Source: Tubiluchus corallicola (Eukaryota > Animalia > Priapulida). From it: a stretch of 64,000 nt of DNA. Shown here piece after piece: positions 39,102-49,800 of this stretch. The DNA lies in NCBI GenBank assembly GCA_030141605.1, contig JAQGDQ010000134.1, positions 394,816 through 458,815 on the forward strand, read 5' to 3'. The notes below the pieces were generated by a model. It had not been told where the DNA came from. It ran no database searches and saw only the letters and a list, made by a program, of their open reading frames with translations. The position numbers and the translations under genes were made by a program. Positions within the stretch are counted from its first letter, which is position 1. Each line of letters opens with the position of its first letter.

Positions 39102-42100
39102 TCAGGTAACGTAGTCAGCAAGATATTTTGGGGGGCGACGACTGCGTTTTGGATGAGAATAATCGGTGGCTGGAGGGATAGATTGCTCGGTTGAAGTGTC
39201 GCAAGTCGGGAACAACTGCTGAGGGACAGCAGATGCCTTGTCTGTATAGCTGTCAGATGGGGGTGAAGAAAGAGTGGTGGGTATCAATGGCTGATGGGGA
39301 ATTGGAAAGGCAGACACGGCCTCGGAGTCATCGTCATCATCGCAGAAACTATGTTTTAACAGAGGCGGAGGATACTTGTCACGATCTGTGTGGGTCGGAA
39401 CTAAATAACATTCAGAGTGCTTTACTTTATAAGGTGAGGCACGCAATTGCGAACCAGTAAATTTTTTTATAAAGAGCCATTCCCCATCAATACCAGTGAC
39501 AAGATACCTGCTGCGTGCCTGGGATTTATCGCGATCTGAGTAAAGGTAGACCAAGTCTCCTATATTGACAACAGGGTGATTAGGATTTCGTCTACTGGGA
39601 CATTTAGAGGATTCGCTGTGTGAGTGATTGGCCTGGCGCTGCATGTGTTGGGATATGATAGTATCTCTGTCAGAAATGGGTAGCTGATCATGACAGAACT
39701 GGTCGCGCTGTGTCCATAACTCCCGGGAGGACAAACCGCCATGGCGGATGCGAGAATTTAGGCGAGCGAGAGCCATAGACAAACCTAAACGGGATACGGG
39801 TCCGCCTCCAGGTTCGTGGCGCAAAAGTTCTTCTTCCAATTCCTGGATCGCACGCTCTGCAACTGGGTTCTTATTTGGATTTTTGATACGTCCAATTTCC
39901 AGGGAAAGACCAAGCTGCAGAAGAGTGCTGTCATTGGAAAGAGCACGAAAGCCAGGAGCAGGATCTACTGTGACTACTGCAGGAGGGCCATCTGGAGGGT
40001 GAAGATCTAAGCAAAGGCAAGCAAGAGCTTCACGAAAGGTGTCGCTTCTTTCATCTGGCACGATGCATGCATTCGTATAAGAAGTGGATGTTTCTCGCAC
40101 TACTAGGATAAGTTGGCGATGACGTTTAAGAATGTCCGCAGCAAAGGACAGACCAACAGCATTGGGAGGAGAATCAGATGACTGGCTAATAAGACTTTGG
40201 GGAAACTTTTTCAGAGACGAGCACATGTGGCATGAGTCAGTAACTCGATCAATGGACTTTGACATGTCTAAAGCAAAGAAGTGGCGCCTGGCAACGAGCT
40301 GAAGCTGATGCTTTGTAGGGTGACTAAGCTTTATGTGAAGAGCTGTGAGAAGGCCTTCCAGAACAGAACGTGGAACCACGATGAGCTCCATGGAAGGGTG
40401 CAATGGCTCATGACGACGCACAACCAATAAGCCATCCTTAGCAATTGTAGCGGCATTGAGGTACCTTTTAACATCTTTGATGTTAGTGCATTTCTTTGAC
40501 GGACGCGTTCCTTGCCGAAGGTGGGCATGAGTGCGACGCAAATCTGGACAGCCAGACTGGAGGTCCCTCCATGCTGATCTGGTGGTAAAGGGCAATGGAG
40601 CAGTACAATTGATGATGTCCTGCACTGAGGCGGAACGGACAACAGAATCTTCGGTCTGTATGATAAATGAGCAGATCTGACAATGTGGTTCGTTGCATTC
40701 AGGTGCATTTCTGCTTGCAAAATCCGAAGGAATATTGGCATTTCCTGAGAGGTGCCGGACAGTTACCTGGTAGCGGTTTACGGTGGATAAAAATGACGTG
40801 ACACGAGGACTGGCGGAAAATTCGCCTCTACAAAGCTTTTCTATAGCTTGAACACATGGTTTGCTGTCCGTTAGTACGCAGGGGTGAGAAGTCGACTGTA
40901 TAATAAAAGGACTAAAATGTTTGACAGCAGCAGCAATGCATAAGGCTTCTACCTCACAAGGTAACCATGTAACCTGGTGTTTGCGTAACTTGGCACTGAA
41001 GAATCCGGCAAGAAATAATTTGGAATTGCGGGTAACATACAAAGTAGCACCAATTCCCCTTTTAGTGACAGATCCATCAGTTACTATCCACAGCTGATCT
41101 GAAGGTACTGGTAAAATTATGGATTTGTGCATAGATAAAGCCTTTTGGGCAGCGGCAAAATGGTGGTGTAATTCATCGGTCCACTGCAGCTTGTCACGTG
41201 ACTGCAGTCCAGCGATGGCATCCTCTAGAGGGGCTAACACAAGGGAACAGCCAGGTAAGACACGTCCAAGTACTTTATATGCACCAATAAATGATCGAAG
41301 ACCATGGACTGTATCTGGTGCAGGGCATGTTGCTAAGGTGGCTATGCGGTGAGGGCTAGCGGCAATGTTGCCTTGTGTCCAGATCCATCCTAGTATGGTG
41401 GTTGACTTTGGACAGATGATAGTCTTTGTGGGAGATAAGTGGATGTTAGACTTGTGAACAGCGTCAAGAACCCGATGCCAATTGTCCAAGAGTTCTTCAG
41501 GGGTATCACCTCCACAATAGAGGTCATCTGCTAATTTAGAAACAAAGCCATCTTGGAGAGAGTCACCGAGGATCCGACACATTAATTCTTCTAGTGCCGT
41601 TTCGGAACCAGGCATGCCCATGGCACATCTGGTGTACACTCTGATGCCACGGAATGGAGTAGCTACCCCACAATATTTCATAGAAGAATGTTCTAATGGA
41701 ATCTGATAGAAAGCATCAGTTAGGTCAGATACAATGATGTAACGCCAACGGGCGATAGTTTGTAGGATAGTGTTGGCATCGGGCATTAAAGATGGCTGGG
41801 GCTTGCTATATCTGCCAACATCTGAAAAGGCTGTTACAAGACGATGACCACCTCTGCGCTTTTTGACTAAGAATGAGGGGTTTGGGTATTCGACAGTAAC
41901 ATTAACATCTTCAGGGCGACGGACTACACCCTGTGCTTCAAGCTCATCAAACTTTGCTTGCAGCTCTATGAGTTTATCTCGTGAGTATTGAGGTACTCTG
42001 CCCTTGCGCTGTGGGGGCTGTACGGGACCCATATTGACTTTGGATGCGAACTTGCCAGCAGCACCATTGTATCCACTGATATTGGGGCTAAAAATGCCAT

Positions 42101-43971
42101 CATAGTCTTGTAGTAGCTTCTTGAAGTTGGCACGAGATTGCGGGCTTAGGATGTTATCTGGGTCAACAGTGACGGCATCTGAGTAACGAACTGGTGGGTT
42201 CTGCTTGGCGTTATGCATTTGAGCCTGGGGTAGGTTTTGGGAATCCTGGCTATTAGTAGTAAGTTTGGAACTAGTTACCGAATAGGTCTTGCAAATGTGT
42301 GCGTGTTTGGGTATTGTAAGTGGATCAGAAGAAATATTTGGTATGCGGATTTTTCCTGCTACAGCTTCAATTATGTCAGGTTGAGGCCATAGTGAGGTGG
42401 TTTTGGCATAGTCGGTATGAGGCTCTATGGCTAAAGGGCTGTCAGGGTCCACAGAAGAGGGGACTGATAACTCTAAGTACTCGCCAGGCCAAATCATAGT
42501 AGGAGTTGAGGGTGCACGCAGAACATGGGCATAGCAAGTACTACTTTTGGAGGTGTTGGCAGGGGGAATATCATATTTAGCAGTGTCTGAGCCTTTTATG
42601 CAAACTTCTTTCCGAGCGGGACGAACTGAGATATCGTTAGCTATGAGGAAAGGAGTTCCAGCCAAGATATCAACATCCAAATTACGCACTACTAGGGCTT
42701 CTAAACAGAGATTGTGAGCATTTCGAGTAACAGTTATGCGTGTTTCACCTATGATGTCCAATGGTGTAACCCCATCAGCTTGCAAAGCGGACTGTGTAGT
42801 TTGCTGAATAGGAACACCAATTAGATGGGCAATAGCTTCTTTGATCATGCTGGTTTCAGCACCCGTGTCTAGGGTTATGCAGATTGGATGATGTTTGTAG
42901 AAAACTTTCAAATGAGGAGATTGTTTTGTGCTGACTCGATGTGCGGTAGACACACAACGGAGATTATGGGAAGCACACTCATCATCGTCACCGGCGTCAG
43001 GCTCTGTTGTGTCAATGTTATGACAACTATCTGCACTGTCTTGACTGTAGTCTTCCTCAAAGCTGATGGTCTGACGGGCTCTGGCGAAATATTCCTTATC
43101 TTCCTCTGGTAGGCACGTACTGAGAAAATGTTGAAATTTAGCATGACCCGCTTGTTTGCATAACGGGCAAATTTTTGTTGAACGACGCGGTTGCTTTTTC
43201 CGAATCAACGGCTGTTTGCGTTTGGAATAATCTGGAAACTGTTGGAAGGCTGTGCGTAACACTTTAGCATCGGCTGATGCCTGAAGTTCCTCTAGCAAAG
43301 AATCTAGTGCCAATGAAATTTCTGGCTTCAGTGAGGCAAGTGTTTTTGATCTTAGCTCTGTACCGTACTTTTGCTTGACTAAGCTGGGTAGCCCAGGATG
43401 TAAAAGTCGAAGCCAAGTCAGAATGATTAGGTTCTCTAAGGTAGGTGTAACTTCCTCATCACTAATTGGATTCTCACCGTGATGCTGTATACCACCTGCA
43501 GCGCGTAAGAGGTTATCCTCAATGAAACTATTTAAACGCTGGAAGAGATCTTCTGGACGTTCGTCTGGCTGCATATGAATATTATTAAAATCCAAAAAAT
43601 TACCACCTGTTGTTTGGAATCCGAAATGCTGTCTAATTGTTTGCCATATACTAGTCAATGATGTTGAGTTTTTGACAATGGAATTTCTGGAAATAATCGG
43701 ACAATAGTTGGCAATCTGTCCCAGCATTAAGTCCAGATGAGTGGTCTTTTGTGCGGCGGTTTGCAATGGGAACATATTCATCATCATCTTGCAGGCCTCG
43801 TAAAGGTGCTGCATTTGTTTTCTTATGCCAGGTCGCACCTTCAACTAAAAAATCTGCAAAATTCTGATCTAGCGATAGAGTGTATTGCAAATTTTGGCGC
43901 CATGCTTCAAATGATGTAATTGTCTCTTGTTTTGTCAGACACCACTGTTTTGGAGCACGAGTAGTAGCCAT
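39102..43971 (-). CDS. Gag-Pol polyprotein (gag, aspartic protease, RT, RNase H, integrase) with one frameshift near 43755
   Basis: Gag starts [10 protein letters not shown] at 43971 and continues in the 1580-aa ORF from ...[15 protein letters not shown]. Motifs: CPLC..H..C knuckle, protease [15 protein letters not shown] / MGMPGSE / LADD, RNase H TDGS / EVE / TDSK / SDFASR, integrase H..H..CHMC with D (AADIL), D (TVDPAPGF) and E (PVAERAI). Confidence 0.9.
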
Positions 43972-44157
43972 ATTCTAACACAAATTGAGGGTGTTTATTA
44001 ATACTAGTTCTTTCGAAAATTACGCTGATAAATTTGAATTCTTACGTCTTTACAGCTATGGAATAAGCTGACTGGTTTTGGATAGATTTAGACAGATGCA
44101 TGTACTCTCGACAAACCAATTATAAGGTCCACTGGCTTTTCTGAGTACGTAGTTCGT

Positions 44158-44177
44158 AATCCCACCGGCAGCCACCA
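44158..44177 (-). other. Primer-binding site, tRNA-Leu-like
   Basis: TGGTGGCTGCCGGTGGGATT immediately after the 5' LTR is an imperfect complement of the tRNA-Leu 3' end (AATCCCACCGCTGCCACCA). Confidence 0.75.
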
Positions 44178-44385
44178 CGCCATTAATTAAAGAATGTACC
44201 AGCTTTGTCTCAAACACCAAGACGACAAGAATAAATTTAACAACTTTATTATAACTCGCAAAGCAACGAGGTTGTAACTAGAAAGATGAGCGCAACCGGG
44301 AAAAAACAAAGAAGTTGAAAACAAAAGAGCAACTTTGCAAAAGGGGTAAAGTTGATAAAACTAACAACACGCATGTATACTGGCG
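44178..44385 (-). repeat. 5' LTR
   Basis: Identical to 38430-38637 and abuts the PBS. Confidence 0.93.
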
Positions 44386-44631
44386 CTAACTGAATAATTA
44401 AATTCTAATAACTTTGCCACTATGCAGACAATAGCTCACTGTTGTTGCAATTTACTTAGCGTCACATGTAAAGTAGCAGAACTCCAGTAAAAAAACATTT
44501 TATAATTATTAAAAATTAAAATGGGCATGAACAGTAATAGGATATTCACATTCTTTTTAAAGGTATTTATCAGAAGAAATATTAACTAACGTCAAGCAAG
44601 TACCCTAACACTTATGTAATCTATTACATTA

Positions 44632-44681
44632 TATCTTCACCAAGATCGTTTCTTATTACGTCTCAGTACATTGAGTTTATA
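44632..44681 (+). repeat. 50-bp exact direct repeat, copy 2
   Basis: Matches 37935-37984. Confidence 0.9.
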
Positions 44682-45758
44682 AATGTTCAAGCACTAACAA
44701 TGCTAATTAGTGAGATAAAACTGTTACAATGGGAAGACGCATATGTATTCAATTGGTGATATAAACATATTCATATCAGAAAAAATTAAACGTTCAGCAT
44801 AATATAAGAAAAAAGTTTTTTAATATCTAATCCTGTTGTTTCTCGTAGGGGATAAACGCTTTTTTCATACCAAAAATAGGCAGACACTATGTTTACGCTA
44901 TAGTAATAAAGCATGACTCGCCCACCGTAATAGAGGGAGTGTTTCGCGGATTCACCGCGTGTCATATCTAGGGTTAGGTAGTGTAATATAGATATCAATG
45001 AGGATGTTCAATTCACTCACTCCGCGGATAATGCGGATGCAGATATTACAAATGTGGATTTTGAGATGCGGATAAACAAAAAAGTGACATATTCCCTCTC
45101 TGAATGTTTCGCGGTACGGCGATCCGTATTTTTTCGTTAATATCGTTCGCCGTATGGATCGATCCCTATTTTCTAATGAAAGCTTTCGAGACATTTGAGG
45201 AAGTCCTCTTGCATATCTTACGCACAAAAAGCGTTTCTTTTCCGCATTTTTTCTACAAACCACATGACCTTCATGTATTGCTATATACATGCTAAAACTA
45301 ATAAAAATTTAATATGTATTGACTGCAACCAATAGAAAAACATTCAAAAACAATTAATGGTCAGATACTCATGCTGTCATACTCAAACTGGGGACTTCTA
45401 GTGTTCTAGACAGATGCTATTCATATCAGGTTGATATTTTACGTTATGCTTTACACTTCACAATTAAATTCACAATTTCATTAGTGAAATGTATACAACA
45501 TAATGTGCGAGTAATATGTATAAAATTATTACTATTGCAGTTGATGCTGTTTGCTTCGGCACCACTTGCTGGATATTACTGGTGCTCTAATACAGTATTA
45601 AAGACAAACTATACTCTCACTACGAAATTTCAATTTATTTTCTCATAAACGTACTGTAAAACTAGTTTCTTTTGATTTTTTATCACTTTGTTGGTAGCAG
45701 TACTAAGAATCACCATTATTCGCCATTATTCGTTGCGCGAGACGAACAACGTAATGAG

Positions 45759-46153
45759 TGGGGTGAGCATCGAACATTCGAATCGAATTCGAACAAGTTT
45801 TTTTAGTTCGAATTCGATTTGAACCTAAAACTATAGAATTAAATAATTCCGTACTTCAACAACATATGTTCTTTATCATTAAAACGTTTGAAACATCGTT
45901 CAATTAGCGAAATTTAGCTGTGATTTCTGTGCACAATTTTTAAGCAAATTATTAGTGCTTTTACTGTACAACAAAGTCTTTTAATATGCATGATCTTTCT
46001 AAGACTCATTATTTTTGTTGGTTCGAAAATCTTTCAATCTCAAGTTGAATTCAGTTCGAATTCGAAATACCGGAGTTTGCTTCGATTCGAAATCGAAAGT
46101 CACAAATGTGGTTTGATTCGAATTCACTTTCTGGCAGAGAATGCTCACCCTTA
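45759..46153. mobile_element. Non-autonomous hAT-type MITE
   Basis: 8-bp TSD gtaatgag (45751-45758, 46154-46161), TIRs tggggtgagcat and atgctcaccctta, and many subterminal ttcgaa motifs. Confidence 0.85.
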
Positions 46154-46845
46154 GTAATGAGTACAGTCATGAGGTCCCCAAAGATTGGCAAACAAGCATC
46201 GGTAACCAAAGATGTTTAATTTCTGTACTACGTTCGTCACTCTCGCTCACTCGCACGAAAAATGGTGATCTTTATGTCAGTGCACATGTTCGAAATTTGC
46301 CAGGACAGACAAGTTATGATTTTTTTTGTGTAATCACAATAATGCATAAGAAAAACTTCAATATCTGTTGAGGTTATATTTTAGGCCTTTAATTACATTA
46401 CCAGCGTAGCCCCCAAGTGCATTTCCATATTCTCAAAACAAAGGGTACGCGTTTTTCAAAAAGCAAGGTAATTCAAAAAGTTTCTAGAAAACTCCGTGTA
46501 ATTAACATGTGTCATCTATTGTCGTTTTATTAAAATCACAAAACATAACAATTGACATACAAAATTTTTCACATAAATTGTAATAATAATAAAACTACGT
46601 TTATATGTAATTTCATAATTATTTCTTATTCCACCAGTAGCAGAAACAGTGTAAAATGCCTGCTAAAAAGCAACAAAAATATTTTGCAGCAGAATTTGAA
46701 ATTGCAAAATAAATTACGTTAATATCAGTATAAGCTGATAAATAATTGACAAATGTCTGCAGTTTAAGTGTCTAATAGAAAATTATCTGCCTGAATATTT
46801 ATTGCCAAAATGCTTTATAGTACACACAGCTGCTAAAAAAACTTA

Positions 46846-49800
46846 TTACTCGTATACCAGCCAATATTTCGTCTTCATCCATAAATCATATCCTCCAGGA
46901 TACTGATTTGTCCTAAACAGAGCAGAAAAAATGCTATTAAAATGACGTCTACACAAGTGTTACAGAAAACCATGTTTCAATTAAGTGAATCCCACTTTGG
47001 CTACTTATGTCAGGTTACCCTTTGGATGTTACTGTCAAAGATTATAACAAATTGATATAATGCTAGCAGTTCGACTTTAAATGCCATTAAAAACCATCAA
47101 ATTAGCTGGGCACTCCAAAATTCCAACTTGCCAAAATGGATTGTTCATGGAATAACTGGCACATTGAAATGGTTGATTAAGCAATTGATTATTTTAATGA
47201 TTGAATGATTAATCAGCATGTATTAGTATGTGGACACTAGTTACGGAACTTAAATTTTTTGTATCAGATTATCATTTAATAAATTATTAATAGTTTTGTG
47301 ATTAATACAATTACAACATTAAAAATAAGCAACTTATTTTCATTCAACACAGTCAGTTATAATTTAGATGTAAAACACAAAACAAAAAGATAAAAATAGT
47401 TTTCCATAAACTTATTACCTTATTACTATTAACTATCATGCTCTTTTATTTACCTAACGATCTTGTCATATTAGAAATTTTTATGTACCGTATTTTCCCA
47501 TGTATAAGAGACCCCTTCAATTTTTAGGCAAAAATTCTGGAAAAAAGTTTTTTGGTAATGAATAACTTTATTCATCATAGAAATCATTAAATTCCTCATC
47601 ACTCTCATCAAAAATATCAACTGGAGTCAGACCTGTGTCACGATGCTTGTATTGCTTACAACCGCTTCATAGTCGAATGCGACACGCCTTGCTTAGGCTG
47701 ACTCATCTCGTTGTCCTCTGCCGACGTATCAATGACGTCGACGGGCATGCAGAGAGCTTATGCAGATGCGTTGATTGGCTGCAGAACAATCGATTTCTCT
47801 CCAATACCAATACTTATTTCTTTAAAATCATTAGTGTCACAATTTATGCATCTTATTGAAAAGACTTACTTCCATGTATAAGAGACCCCCTATTTTTAAA
47901 GTGAAAATTCTGAGCAAAAAAGGGTCTCTTATACACGGGAAAATACAGTACTTTGTGACTGTACAACCTGATGTACGTTGCATCTATGTCAGCTGCAATG
48001 TTATTGAGTCAAGCTACATTATATCTTAGTGACCTGTGCCATGCAGTTATAGAGCTTTGTATTTAGACTGCATACACATTGTATAAGTTTAATAATAATA
48101 ATAACTTGTGTTTAATACTTTTTGTATCCCATTTCATTAGCTAGTTGCGAGGCTTCTTCTGGGCGCTTGTCAAACGTTGAAGAGAATACAATTCGATCTT
48201 TTTCCGATGGTTTGGTTTTGTGGTACTTTTCCTTGAACGTTTCAGGACTAAGGTCCAGGGCATCTTTAAGCTGGTCTACTAAATTAGAAAAATTCATCTC
48301 AGTTATTAAAAAATATGTTCAAGCAATAATAGTAAGAAGCTAAAAAAGATCAAATGAAACCAGAGTTTTGACATCTAAGGTAGGATACGTAAAACAAGAC
48401 CCAGGAAAGTGGAGCATCCTCTTGCATAAGAAGATCATATCTATGAGTCACACGTACAACCTTTGCCAAGTACATCTGGTCCTTGAGTTTTTATCTTGTG
48501 ACCCAAAAATCAGCTAAATTCTTCCTTTATTTATGGGTGACCTATATGTGAATCAATGAAAGGTTTGGACCACTTATTATATGGGCTTGAAACATGTCCA
48601 TTTCCTTGCGATAAGATAAAAACGTAATCAGAATTAAATGGCAATACAAAAATGGTTGAAAATGGATAAATCTAGGCTAAAATGAGCGCAGGCAGTTATA
48701 AGCTTAAATTTCCACCACTCCAAATTTGATGATACTCTCGTGTGAAATGGTAGAATTAAGCAACCAGCAAAGAAATGATACAGGGAGAGATATAACGCGG
48801 GATAACATAGTCATTCCACCTGTGGCTTTATATTGTTAGTAGCCCAACCTTAAAATGGTGATTAAAAACACGTCAGGTATGAAGAACTGTTTCTCAGTTT
48901 CCTACCATAGGGGGACTTTACCTGTTTGCCAAACCACTAACTTGGTCATATCGACTCGTTTGACTGAATGAAAAACACATTTGTGAAAGAGACTCACATC
49001 GCCATGTAGGCCGTTTCCGCTTCTTTCCAAAAAAAGTTACAAATTTCCCTCCAATATGTTCACGACATGCGACTAGGACATATTTTCTTCTGGGTGTCTT
49101 CTAGAAATGGCAGGCGAGAAGTGCCAAAAATGGCCGCCTTTCACTAATTGGCGGAACACTGTGTAAAAAAAAATTGAGTGGCGATTGATGAGAGTCTTAG
49201 AGGGACATTTGTAGCTCTTTGGAAAAAGGAGAAACCGCACTACATGACACTATGGACCTCTTTTACAAATGCCTCTAAAAAATTAAGAGTTTATTTGGGA
49301 TAAATTTTTTTTCAGGACAACCCCGTATAATAATTCAACTACAAATAGTTGGTTGTAATAGTGAAGAGCTTTAGCTAAAGCTCATCTGCTATTTCAAAGA
49401 AGTCATGTGCCAGAGCAAAGTTATTAAATTTTTATTTCGCTTACGCGGAATGTTTAGAGCTGATTCCAGCTTTCCAGATGTCTCAATTTCATCTTGCGAG
49501 CGTAGGTCAATCAAATAGTAATCTTTCAACGTGTATTTCAAGTCACGAGTGGTAACAGGTGTACCTATAGTGAAAAGTTGAAACAATCAAAATTTGTCCA
49601 CTCATTAAAAATAATTTACACACTAAAATTAAACCCTTCCTTTCCATCATTTTGCATCTCTTGTATATCTTCCCGTTCATCTTATTTCTTATTCCTTCAC
49701 AACTCCAGCTTTAAATCTTGACATCAAAACATGCTAACAAGAGAAAACTGTACTCTCTTAGGCTTAGCTATGTAACACAATACGAAATTTTGGTAATCAA

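Larger units (their letters stand above)
38430..44385 (-). mobile_element. Full-length Gypsy-like LTR retrotransposon with CG...CG LTR termini and a 3-bp TSD (Troyka-type), 5956 bp
   Basis: Identical 208-bp LTRs (38430-38637, 44178-44385) bounded by CGCCA...TGGCG. CTA flanks both sides (38427-38429, 44386-44388). PBS, PPT and gag-PR-RT-RH-IN order are present. Confidence 0.92.

Noticed and set aside
44990-45180. GCGGAT-rich segments (also ~38040-38130 and ~61990-62140) as MITEs
   Set aside because: Probably decayed transposon subterminal repeats, but I could not define TIRs or TSDs.
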